Assembly: GCA_030141605.1 (NCBI GenBank)
Contig: JAQGDQ010000105.1
Span: forward strand, 124,001 to 188,000
Length of the DNA: 64,000 bases
Origin: Tubiluchus corallicola
Lineage: Eukaryota > Animalia > Priapulida
Direction of reading: 5' to 3'
Under the pieces are notes generated by a model that saw only the letters and a program-made list of their open reading frames with translations, made no database searches and was not told the DNA's origin. Shown here in pieces: positions 51,146 to 62,615 of the stretch (its first letter is position 1; every line of letters begins with the position of its first letter). Position numbers and translations under genes: made by a program.

Positions 51146-51292
51146 ATGAATAAAGAGAGGAAAGCCCCGCTTGCTCGTATCATTGAACTGGAACAATACT
51201 ACGAAGAGCTCAAACTTTTTGAAGAAGAATTAACAGCCAGAAAGAGCAAGAAAGATGATAAGAAGGACAAGAAAAAGAAGTCAAAATCTTAA
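51146..51292 (+). CDS. Terminal coding exon of the acidic protein (helical segment plus Lys-rich end)
   Basis: cttctttgtttacag|ATG AAT..., phase 0; MNKERKAPLARIIELEQYYEELKLFEEELTARKSKKDDKKDKKKKSKS*. Confidence 0.8.
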   Translation: MNKERKAPLARIIELEQYYEELKLFEEELTARKSKKDDKKDKKKKSKS

Positions 51293-53597
51293 AAAAATAT
51301 TAGCTGTAACTATTTAATTATCTCTTTGTGATTGCTAATGAAAACATGTGAAAGTCACTCTGTATTGTGGACATTTCCATTGTATTTTGTGGCAATTATA
51401 TATATTCTACCGTTAAATGTGAAACTAACACTTGGCAAAACCATTCATATAGTACTTTCATTTAGTTGTTCTTATATGTTGCGTCTTAAAATATCGGATT
51501 TGGTCAATAGCAAAATTAAAACTACCTGTGAATGGATGAAAAAAAGGCTTCGACATTTAGGGAAATGTTAAATATCTCAGTGCATGCTTAAACAATAAAC
51601 AAGTCTATGACCAAAAAAATAGTTAAATATAGCAAATTCTAAAATTTTCTCGCTCAAAATGTTGGTCTCTTGACTGTGCATATATTACTATGGCCATTAT
51701 ATTTTTCACTGGTTATGGTTTTGCTTGTAGTATAAAATACATATTGCCAAGTGTAAAATAATACACTAAGCTCTTTAGCACATGTTTTTGTGCAATACTA
51801 GTATAATTTGAAAGCTTATAAAACTGAATTACCATGGCAACGCTTCTGTGTGTTTTGCTATTGATGTCTATGTGAACTTTATGTAATGTTATTGACAAGA
51901 ATCTTTCAATGCACAGTAATTCATTAGATATCTGTTGTATTTGCCTCTGTACTTAGTGTAATTCTTAGTTAAGTTATTTCTGACATGCAGTTTTAAAACA
52001 GTTTGGAATTTGTAATTCAAAAGGGGTTTTGACATTTGTAGAGGTAAATATTCCGAATGCATATTTTTCACAAGCAATTTGTGCATATCTTCAGCTATTG
52101 TATAGTTTTACAAACATATTATAGTCATATATTGTTAGCCTTAAATTTTCGTAGCACACGTTTTTGAAATTTGTTCATCTTTTCTGTACAAAGCCATTTT
52201 GGTAACTTGGATCAGCCAGATGAGAAAATAAAATTCCTTGGTGAAAGTTCCATTAGCAAGATTATTTTCCATGATTTAATGGCCTTGTTTTGCTTGCAGC
52301 CAATAACAATTTAAAATGTTTTTTGTATTGTATTATATCATCTGAAGAGAATTTTGTTTTTGTAAAATGTTTATATATATACATATTATATATTTCAACC
52401 TTGAAGTGTTTAGTTACAGTTAACTTAGTCTAGAGTTTAGATTAGTTTGTACGGTTATAACTTTGTGTTTTGATGGATCATGTTCATATTTGCATTGTGT
52501 TAAACACTACAGCAGATTACAATGAATGTGCATTGTGGTCTGCAGCTGTGCACTGTCGTTATGCTTGATAACTTTGTCTGATAGAATAATTAAAACTGCC
52601 ATCGCAAATTCCATGTTTTTTCTTTCTTTAGTGTGTGTAAGTGGCAGTGGAAGGCCATACCTACAATTAAACTAAAACTGCCATTGTAATTCTACGGTTT
52701 TCTCCAAGTGTGTGTAAATGGCAATGTGCAGCTGCTATGTCTCCATCAGCTCTCTAGTAACACGTTTTTCCAAGCTCACTCTTTTTTGCTATGGCTTTCC
52801 TTTATAATTAATGTAAGCATAATTATTATTGTGATTGTTGAAATACATGTGTTACAGATTGTAAGATACTATAAAGGTGGAGCCACATGTTTAACCTTAG
52901 TGTGTCAGAGATTGTAGCACACTCAGGTGCCACCTCGTATTTGATCTTTCATTTACATATACCTTTAAGTAGTTGTGGTAATGCTGCCTTCATTTTGTAT
53001 GGCTAACATATATTTCCAGTTCTCGTTCTGTGTTTAATGCATGCGAAAGTAAATGCAGACACCCGTAATACTGTTGTGACGTGATAATTACATAAATTAA
53101 CTTAAATAAAATTTCTGATCTATTTGTAGATTTAATTCATATTTTTTGCGAGAAGTGAGATTGTAATAAATTTTTTATGTACTTTTTGTTACAATATTTA
53201 TGGTTCGTGCCAGTTCTATCCCAGGTGTTTGTGATTTTTTGAGAAAGCAATTATATAAACCAATAATGTAATACCCTTTTTAACACGTGCACTTTTATGA
53301 TTTTATAACACATTTTGTGACATGCCTTTGTTCGTGTTCATTGCCACCGTTATCAAGATACATTGAAATTTGTTTTTACTACTATTATTCGTATAACTAG
53401 CATAATTTCTAATGTTCTATAATACATGTTTCAGTTAGTTGTAAAATTTCATTGCTTAACATTTGTTTAAATGCCAGTTTAGAACATTTATAGTGTCTAT
53501 CAGTGTATAGTGCATCTGAATGGTAAAGCGTTAACTCTAGGAGGATCATGTCAAGCATTGCTGCTTGTATTAATTAATATCATGGCAACTATTGGTA

Positions 53598-53603
53598 AAT
53601 AAA
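53598..53603 (+). terminator. Putative distal poly(A) signal of the acidic-protein transcript
   Basis: AATAAA followed by a GT/T-rich tract, at the point where strand T/A skew reverses. Confidence 0.35.
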
Positions 53604-54300
53604 ATGCACAACACAGTGATGGTTTGTAAATGTTTTTTTGTATATTTATATATATATATATATATATGATGTAAAATTTAAAAATTACCATCACCATCTA
53701 ATTTATCACGTCACTAATCACATATGCTGTTGTACTTGAACCTTTGCCTTGAAAAGAAACTATTATTCAAAAGGATTGTGAAATAGGGCTTAATAAATTA
53801 GGTTACTTTTGAACCCAAACAAGTAATATTATTTCCACTGTCAACTATGCATACAAAATCCAGTTTCGCAAAATATTTCCTATAAAAAATTATTATCACT
53901 TGGAATCACTATTTCTCGTTTACATACAGAGCATTGTTATTTTAAAACATTAGAAAAATAATCTTTCACTGTACTGGCACATCAATACTACACTGTATAA
54001 ATACTGTATATTTAGAAAAACTATAATGTCCATGCATATGAAAAATATAAAAAACACTTGATAAAAACTACCATTTAAATACATGCATAATCAAAGGAAT
54101 GTTTGATAATGAAAGATTTTATGAAGTCACAAAGTAAAACAGAAGCCATTTAGCTCTTATTTTTGCTATTACAGTACTAAATACTGTTGTTAACACACTA
54201 ATTTTAATTAAAGTCAAAAAATCCATAATTATTTATAAATGATTGAATGAGCTCAGGTACTAGATTTTGAAACTAAGCTTGTCCAATATGGAAGAACATG

Positions 54301-54372
54301 TGGACTGATTCTGAATTTGAACCAGCAGTCTTAAGATTACAGTGCCAATAACTATGCCAATTACTCAACCCC
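54301..54372 (-). repeat. Degenerate tRNA-derived (SINE-head-like) sequence
   Basis: Minus strand: A-box-like TGAGTAATTGG and B-box-like GGTTCAAATTC at tRNA spacing; stems poorly paired, so not a functional tRNA. Confidence 0.35.
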
Positions 54373-56634
54373 AGTGATTATAGGAGATTTAATTTGAACC
54401 AGGCTCACCCAGATTTTGGCACATTTCCGTCATTTTTGACAAGTTTGGCTTCAAAATTCAATGCAGTGGGCAAAGAGCATTGATTCAACATCACAATAAT
54501 GCTGTTGCCATTAACAAACATTAATAGACAATATTTTATGTTTATTCCAGACGATTTTAGTTAATTCTCAGAAAGCGTCAAATTTAACAAAAACAAAAGT
54601 AATTGGGCAGCGTACAATGATTATTAAACCTGAATAAGGCTACAAAAACTCCCGAGTCTGACGTCAATAGTAGTGCAAAACTTTGCCGAAAATGACGGCT
54701 AATTAACAAAAGCCTTATAGACAGCGATTGTTAACAATAACATACATGTAAATAGGGAGTGGAGGTTTACGCTTTATTAACCATGATAGACATTCCGAAG
54801 CCTCCGGGCGCATCCACCCAATAATGCACTCCAACCGCGATGGGTATACCATAAACCTCATTCATATAAGTCAGTCTGAGTTTCCCAAAGTGATAACTTG
54901 TCAGCCTTGACACAACAGTTAACAAAGCGCAATATTGTCATTAAATGAGGTAATTCAGTTTGCAAAATACAGTCATTTCGATGTCAGACGTCCAATTCAC
55001 AAACCGGCTTTAAAAACATTAGTTATCAACTTACAAACAAACTACAAGATTGATAAAAGTGGTACCTAAACTAGGCCTGAATACTAATAGAATTCAAATA
55101 AATAAGTTTCGTGTGCAACTGTATTTCTACAATTACTTCTAGCTTTTCATATAATAAACGATATTATTTTCGCAATAAATCTAACAATGTCGTTGCCTAT
55201 ATACATGTACGCTATTCAAACATGTATGTCATGGACCAAGGCGCCCATCAGGTTGATAGGAAGTGCACACCCGCCCATATTTAACAAACAAACATCTGTA
55301 GAACTCTGCTGTGTGTAGTGTGCATTATGACATGCAATAAACACTACACTTGGGTGTGAAGACACTCAACCAGCACGATAAGTTTAAGTACATGCAAGTA
55401 TAAGCAGAGTTTAAGGAACTATATGAAAGTCTACCAGTCCAAAAGCAGCAATGTTGACAGCTCTTCGAAAGTTGCTCTAGACCACATGTCATAAAAACAT
55501 AATTAACTGATTCATAATAAATCAGGATGCTCTCTCCATCTGTGCACTAGACACCAATAAATTATTTATCATCATAAGACAAGAGGCATTCAAGTAGCAG
55601 CCTCAAAATAATATTCCAATCTAGCTGCACTCAGAAATTTAAAATGCATGAACCACTTTACTAACAGCCCCTGATTGGAGCAAATAATCATTATCCATAA
55701 AAAAACTTAAATGAAAAAAATTAAAGTAGCTACATTTCAAAGAGCACCTAAAACTAAATGTTTTACATAAGCCTGTAGATCTAGAAATTAGATACAAATC
55801 TACATAATTATTGCAATAACTGTTACTGAAAGTTACATAGGCTAAACTCCTATGGTCGGTGCTTTGGGTTTTTTCCCCAAGATCTCCTTAAGCACGTTGC
55901 GCAATGCTAATAACATGCCTAACGCCATGTTACAAAAATTTAGCAGTTACATCAATACACTATTAAATAACATTAATTAATAGATAATGTTGAAACAGTT
56001 TCACATGTAATAAAGGGGCACTTTTTATTTTTTTACTAAACTCTCTGTTACTTACAATAAATAATTAAGGCAAATAGAGTAGTCTATATAATGTACCAAT
56101 AAATGTCCTAAACACAACTGATCTATATACTAGTTTAACAAGCTTAAATTTGGAAAGTGTCAAAATATGTTGTAATTGTAAAGAATTAACAAGACATAAT
56201 TATTTACTCATGCAGTGGTAATCACAACAATGTCAAAAGAGAACTGAATAGCCGAGGGATCACGGCATGTTCTTTGTGACCGGAATTAAGTGAGTGAATG
56301 GTTCATGCCCATCTAAACTTAATACTCGGTTTGGGCCTTTCTGACAATTTACCGCTCTTGAGAGGATGTATACTATCAGAACATGGCTCAAACACTTCAG
56401 CATATTCAGTGTTTCATCTTGGTGCACATACAGTGCCAGATTTGTCCCGCCACAAACGACACTGTTAAACAGGCTTTGTTGCTGAATGCTAGTTTCCGGC
56501 TTGCAGTGTGCCAAATTGAATTGAAAAATTAAACAAATAAAACCATGACTATTTCTCTAAACTATAGCTAGCCTTTGTGTCACACAATGTATGCTGAATT
56601 AACAATATAACACTTCATAACCCGTTTTATATTT

Positions 56635-59600
56635 CTAGATCCACAAATCCACAGGAACCAAACCTTCTTTTGATGTAGGTGGTGGTCGCAGTTCAGAATC
56701 AGCCAGAAACATGGTGGGAAGTAAGATGAGATAACCCTTGATGTTTTTCACTATTTCTCTGGCTTCATCAGGGTTTGTCTCTGCTAAAGATGTCTCCTTT
56801 TTATATTCTTCAAGTTGCTCATATGTACGAACATTATCTGTTGGATAACAGTGGAATGCTTTTTCAAAAGATTCAGTGTTAACAGATGCAGTCTTCAACC
56901 AAACTGACTTATAGAATTCATCGGTGCATGGATCAGATACTAGGTCATCTCCATTCTCTGCATCAATAAGGCCAAGCAATTCCCGAAAAACAAGCTTGCG
57001 GTGTGGGCCTACCAGCTTACCACACTGGGCTTCCTTGCCATCCATCAAACAAGGAGTAAATTCTGAGTCCTCAAATATGCAAGCCACCTCACTGTCACGA
57101 TCACCAATCATGCTGCGATCATTGATATTTGCTGACCCAATAATACAAATGCGGTCATCAACAATTAGCATCTTGCTATGAACGTAAATTAACTCTGTTA
57201 TTGGAGTGCCATTTATCACGGAATGAGTACGCAGGCCATGGAAAGTAATATACTTATGTGCAGGTACACCATCTCTTGTCAACCTTTCTATTAAAGAATT
57301 ACCTCCACGACAGATGGATGTGTACTGCCAATGACAAATTGCCTGAATGGCATAGCCAGATGGTGCTCCAACTTCGCCTTCGAAACCAGGTAAGACTGGC
57401 ATGACAACATACACACGGAAGTTTTCCCCTGCAGCATGGGCTTGCTTTATCCGTTCGTAAAGCGCTAAAGCAATGCCATTCTTTACGAATTCTTGGTCGA
57501 TGTGAGTTACAAAGAATTGGTTTTCGATGTAGATGAAATGTTTTGATTCCCGGATGGCAGACAAATAGGCTTGGTGGATAGAATCTTCTGTTCGTTCAAC
57601 TCCAATAGACCAAGTACTTACGCTGCGTAGCATTTGTGCAGTACATTTGATAGAGGTCTCCTTGAAGTGTCTTGGCACAGTAACGTGGTCATAGGATTTT
57701 GGTAGCAGGAGAGGATAGTGGGACTCGAACTTTGCCTTTTCTATTTTGCATTGATTCCAACGCTGAATAAAATGTCGTGCCAAATCACGTGCAGGTTTTC
57801 CATACACACAAGCGCCAATGTCGTGCCAAGGCATGCGAGGACATTGATGACGATCGATCAAGTCTGTGAAAGGAGCATCTAAATCTGCAAAATCTTTAAA
57901 CATAAAGTTAGAGTAGTCCTTGCCAATCCACAGTTTCTGTCCTTGAGGTTCCACATCAAAGGCTCCGGGTACTTTTGGTGGGCCATGCTCCTCAAACACA
58001 GGAAATCTACCAGCTTCCAATGATCGCCGTCTTTTCAACTCTGTGACTGGTTTAAGTCTAGATGACAGTCGTCGATAGGCAGCCTTGGGATTATACTTGT
58101 TATGACGTTTTATTGCACTAGTGTCAGTAGCATCTTCAATGGTCGACAGATTACGAACTGGTACAGCCGTGCTTCCCTGTGCTTCATTATCCTCATCCGT
58201 TATAGGTGATTCAGGTTTGCCAGAATCTGGAGACTGAGCATGCTCATGTTGCTGCTCCTGACCATTACCAAGCCCAGCAAGATTTACTAACAAATTTGTA
58301 AGCCCTGATCCCTGAAGACCAACCTTAATGCTGTCAGGACCTGGCATAAATGGACCTCCTTGTCCAAGATCTGTCAGCCGATGCTGGTGTGTATCCCAGC
58401 GAGCGTAACATATATCTAGCCCGCCAAAGAAAGCTATACGTTGATCTATAACTACCATCTTTTCATGATGAGCCCACAAAAATGTACCACCAGGAACGTG
58501 ATCAGGATGTCTCATCACAACGATATTTTCCGGATGTTTCTGGGTAAGACAAATCTTACTGTAGGCTGAATTAATACCAAGTGCCATTTCAACTTCCTTA
58601 TACAGCAAAAGAAATATCTTTACTCCCTCATCCGCCTTTCTTTTCAACATCAAATCGAAACGATACTTGTCACCTAAAGCTGGACGTTTTAAATACAACT
58701 CAGGGCTCAACCACCAATCTGTAATGAATATTTCTTCTTTTGCTATTTCAATGCCTTCTGCAACAGCATCAAAGTAGCCCGCCCCATCCACAAAACACCG
58801 ACAGTATGATTCTGGACGAGCAGGAGCATATGAGTCAAACCGAATGGGTTCAATAAACTCTTTTCCTGTTGTTTCCATGGCTTGTTTGATCTCCTTTTCC
58901 CATTCTAGTGCTCTTCGGTGTGTCCAGGCAGTCAGTAGCAACTCTCTGGAATTGTTTGTGATCAGTACACCATGACGAACAGTAGTCATACTATGTCCAG
59001 CTTGTACTTTGAAACCAGAGTCCATTAACAGCAAATGAGAAACAACACCATCTTCTGGTCTAACATATGTAACATATGTGTCCTTTACCACAAACCATCT
59101 CTTTTTCCATGGACCAGGTAAAGTAATAAAGCTAAAGCAACCACCTTTGTGGCCACCTCTTCGCTTTTTCATCATACCCTCTTTCATTTTGGAGCCAAGA
59201 TTGTCCACAAAAGAAAGCTGACTGACTTCGAAGAAATCTAGTGTCTCTGGATGGTTACGGTATATTTGAAAACGAACTAAACTCTGTAAATAATCCTCCA
59301 ACTGCCGTTTTCGTTCCTCCATTTTGTTAGGCGATACAAGCCCATCAGGTTGTCTTGGAAATTTCGGAAGCTGCTTCTTCAAACCTTTTGCCTGGCTTCT
59401 CTTTGCTGCTGTGGCAGGAATGTGTAGTTGAGTTCGGTACATTAACAAACTATTATGTAAACTCCCAAAATGCTTGTGCCGTCGTCGAACTTGCCAACTG
59501 TAACCTCCATGCTCAATTTCTATTACATATACATTGGGATTGGCTATATCTTTTGTTGGCTGACGCACTGCTTCTATAATCTTAATGTTAATTGGCTTTC

Positions 59601-59787
59601 CAGGAATCCATACTTTGCGTTTCTGGGACTTAAATGGTTCAGGAGGACTATGAATGCGTGAATAAGGTATGTGATTAAGCTCTTCCTCAGGGACACCTCT
59701 ATCTACAAAGTCAGGATCAATATCTTCTGTACTTCCAAGAACTTCAAACTCTGACTCAGAATCTTCAATAATCATCTGATCTGACAT
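56635..59787 (-). CDS. PLD1: Phospholipase D1/2-type (PX-PH-HKD-loop-HKD), single coding exon, 1050 aa
   Basis: PX (VYVIEIEHG..RRRHKHF..LPKFP..RKRQLEDYL), PH (KEG..WKKRWFVVKD), HKD1 HHEKMVVID, PRMPWHD, RDLARHFIQRWN, IYIENQFF, HKD2 HSKMLIVDD..GSANINDRS, C-terminal VPVDLWI. First ATG is at 59787 (the ORF track starts at a GTG). The loop insert is PLD1-like. Confidence 0.97.
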   Translation of the reverse strand: MSDQMIIEDSESEFEVLGSTEDIDPDFVDRGVPEEELNHIPYSRIHSPPEPFKSQKRKVWIPGKPINIKIIEAVRQPTKDIANPNVYVIEIEHGGYSWQVRRRHKHFGSLHNSLLMYRTQLHIPATAAKRSQAKGLKKQLPKFPRQPDGLVSPNKMEERKRQLEDYLQSLVRFQIYRNHPETLDFFEVSQLSFVDNLGSKMKEGMMKKRRGGHKGGCFSFITLPGPWKKRWFVVKDTYVTYVRPEDGVVSHLLLMDSGFKVQAGHSMTTVRHGVLITNNSRELLLTAWTHRRALEWEKEIKQAMETTGKEFIEPIRFDSYAPARPESYCRCFVDGAGYFDAVAEGIEIAKEEIFITDWWLSPELYLKRPALGDKYRFDLMLKRKADEGVKIFLLLYKEVEMALGINSAYSKICLTQKHPENIVVMRHPDHVPGGTFLWAHHEKMVVIDQRIAFFGGLDICYARWDTHQHRLTDLGQGGPFMPGPDSIKVGLQGSGLTNLLVNLAGLGNGQEQQHEHAQSPDSGKPESPITDEDNEAQGSTAVPVRNLSTIEDATDTSAIKRHNKYNPKAAYRRLSSRLKPVTELKRRRSLEAGRFPVFEEHGPPKVPGAFDVEPQGQKLWIGKDYSNFMFKDFADLDAPFTDLIDRHQCPRMPWHDIGACVYGKPARDLARHFIQRWNQCKIEKAKFESHYPLLLPKSYDHVTVPRHFKETSIKCTAQMLRSVSTWSIGVERTEDSIHQAYLSAIRESKHFIYIENQFFVTHIDQEFVKNGIALALYERIKQAHAAGENFRVYVVMPVLPGFEGEVGAPSGYAIQAICHWQYTSICRGGNSLIERLTRDGVPAHKYITFHGLRTHSVINGTPITELIYVHSKMLIVDDRICIIGSANINDRSMIGDRDSEVACIFEDSEFTPCLMDGKEAQCGKLVGPHRKLVFRELLGLIDAENGDDLVSDPCTDEFYKSVWLKTASVNTESFEKAFHCYPTDNVRTYEQLEEYKKETSLAETNPDEAREIVKNIKGYLILLPTMFLADSELRPPPTSKEGLVPVDLWI

Positions 59788-59821
59788 GATGCCTGTAGTA
59801 CTGTACACACTAGGTTACAAA

Positions 59822-60372
59822 CTGAAAGAAGACAAAAAATGAAGGTGCTTTTACTTTTACCTTGCATTAAAAAAGTCATAAGTTATGTAAAACTACTCGG
59901 CTAGTAAATACTATAGGAACACAACAGGATACAGATGAAGATCGAAGCACAAGAACAGATGCAGGACTCATGCTTAACATGTTAGCATTTGCAAAGTCTT
60001 ACAAATGAACTGTAGTGTAGGCCTACAGAATTGTACTTAACCTTATTATACGTATATATGCACTGCTGTAACTCCATTTGCAATCACAAACAGTATTCTG
60101 TGTACAGATTTTAAGCCCATAATAAATAGGCGAACGTTTCTGCATATATGAAATTATAATCAATAGACATAATATTAGTCAATGAACAAGTTTGCACATT
60201 TAATATTTTGTGCTAATTTGTACACAAATAGTTTTAATTTTTCGCAATCAAATTTTGCCTACTGATTTTATAAAAAGTAAATGTGTGGTTATGCGGCTTA
60301 CTTATGCCCTACATTTCTAATATTCTAATATTTCTAAGGCAACCGGCTAGCTTACCGTCCCACCCTGCTTAC
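59822..60372 (-). other. 5'UTR intron of PLD
   Basis: Minus-strand acceptor ttttttgtcttctttcag 34 nt upstream of the ATG; donors CAG|GTAAGC (60372) and ACG|GTAAGC (60355). Confidence 0.75.
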
Positions 60373-61400
60373 CTGAGTACGCCGACCTCGGCGGATAATT
60401 CTGTAAAGCGGCACTTCTAAAACTGGTTCTCTGACTAACTCGTCAAAATAATTTCATACATCATTAGTACACAACATGAATCTCATCGAAGACACGAATT
60501 TACTATGAACATGAAAAAATTCAGGTTAAGAAAAAAGTCTGACGCAATATACTCGTAGTAACACTCAAACAGGTCAAGCGCACGCCGCACAGAACGACAG
60601 GATGTTAAACAGGTTTGTGACTAGTGATTGTTAATCTGCACCAGGCACATGGAAACGATAAAAGCCATTCGCCTTTTCATCGTATTACGTAGTGAAACCA
60701 GGGGTCGCGTCTATCACGCGTTTCATTTTTTTCAGTTTTTAATTAAAATATATGTTCAATGTGTGTAACCCAATGGTAGCAGCCTTCGTGACTGATTCTA
60801 AGAAAAAAACGAAAGAGTTGTTGGCAAAGAGAAAAGTCAAAAGAATTTGTAGAATGTCAAAAGCACGCAGGCGTGCAGCACAGATCATTTTTTTTACGTA
60901 TAATGATCAAGGCGCGTGCAGTTACACAAGCTAAGCACCTAGGCAGCGTTGCAGGCCTACAAAACAGCGACAAAACAACAACATTACAACAATATCAGAG
61001 AAATGTTATTTTTTTAAATAATGGTGCATCCGCGGTATAGACTTGCTATTTTTAATTCCACTTCAAAACGGCTCTGTCTGTGGTCTGTCGCTATACAAAC
61101 GCTCACATTTCAAAATTAATAATGCACACACGTCATGACAAGTTAAATTGCCGTCTTGATAATCAATATTAATTCAAATATTAATCGAAAAATTACTGTT
61201 TTCGAAGAGTTAGTATATGGAAGCCGATTTGCCTTTATTGGTTGTCACTTTGTCATGGGAATTTGGTCGTTAATTGATGTTATGGTGTACCTTTGTAGCG
61301 CAACATGGCTGCACAATTTGTTACAAACTATAGTTTACAATCTGAACGCTTTTTAATCAATGTGTAACTGTGTAAGTCGACTTCTTTCGGTCTTTATATA
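60373..61400. promoter_or_regulatory. Putative bidirectional promoter region between PLD and cyclase genes
   Basis: Head-to-head genes; CpG-richer sequence; UTR donors point outward on both strands. Confidence 0.4.
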
Positions 61401-61494
61401 TGTATTTGCAATTTCGATTAAGTAATAATTTACAACGCTAATTCAAAAGTGGTGTTCTTTGCCATCTAAACAATATACTTGACTCACACTGGTC

Positions 61495-61537
61495 ATTTGA
61501 AAACGAACTAAACTCTGTAAATAATCCTCCAACCGCC
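61495..61537 (-). repeat. 43-bp duplicate of PLD coding sequence (59264-59306)
   Basis: atttgaaaacgaactaaactctgtaaataatcctccaac(t/c)gcc, 42/43 identical, same genomic orientation. Confidence 0.95.
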
Positions 61538-62615
61538 CTATTTAATTTAATACCACTTTCTTCGTTACTTTCATTCTGAATGCCGTGGAAATCTGTAGAA
61601 CTAGTTATGCAAAATGTTGCGCGAAAGTGACACTCGACAGCCATGATGGGCAACATAAAGAAGTCTACGCTATTTCAGCTTATAGAGGGCTCGTAGTCGT
61701 TTTGTAGTAATTTACTTCCTGATCTGTGTACAGTGTACTTTGTCACTAAATTACCTGCTACATGTGGTGAGTAAAAATATCTTTGATTCACGTAATTGTG
61801 TTTTAATTTAAAAATTGAGGAGCAATGTTGTGTATTCATTAGTTAAAATAAAAAAGGTTTATTAAACACAACAAGATTTATTAATTAATTATTATTAATA
61901 TTTCGGGAAACCACTGCGTGCTCCCTGCATCAGATTACATTGCTAGCCAATCTAGCAATTCACAAGTTTGCTAATAAATTTCTTTAACCTACACGTCATA
62001 ATATAACGTATAAACAGTTTATTTAACCTATAGGTATAATTATAATAATGTTATAACTAACACCAAATATATACGGATAGTGGATATATTATACATGTAA
62101 TATATATTATGTATTAGTAATATTTACATAACTGCAGAACAACCCTTAGTTGGACAACAGTTATTTTTCCTTCGAAACTTAAAACTTGGCCATTTTATTG
62201 ATTACGTATTTTTATTGATTATTCCAAATAATTAGGCGCCTTTAGCAAACTACCAACAGTATAATGTGTGCCTATATGAGCAGTTATACATAATTGATTT
62301 TAGTTAATCATAATAGAAATAATTGTAACTGAGGTTTATTTGCAAGTGAGACTGACAGTCTGGTACACGTATAATACAAACTTTGAGGTTTAAGCACGTG
62401 ACTGCGAGTGGAACTTTTCTGCAGTTCATTTATTAGAAACATTTGTAAAGCTCTAGTTAGCCACTTTGAAAAATGCCCCCTCCCCTCCACAAAAAAACAA
62501 AAATTTTCTGGAGCGGGATGAAATAATCGCTTCGTAATTTGCAGATGTGATTTTGATTGTGAAGATGAAATTCTGAAAGTATACATTGGATTCAACATGC
62601 ACTGATTCATTTGCA

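Noticed and set aside
54301-54372. Functional tRNA (Tyr-like anticodon loop)
   Set aside because: D, anticodon and T stems pair poorly; better treated as a decayed tRNA-derived repeat.
2535-59787. Functional lgl-PLD gene cluster (both membrane/phosphoinositide related)
   Set aside because: Adjacency alone is not evidence in an animal genome; it would need conserved microsynteny, which I cannot test.
59788-59808. PLD N-terminal extension MYSTTGI from the ORF track
   Set aside because: Starts at GTG just after an in-frame stop and inside the 5'UTR; the first ATG is at 59787.
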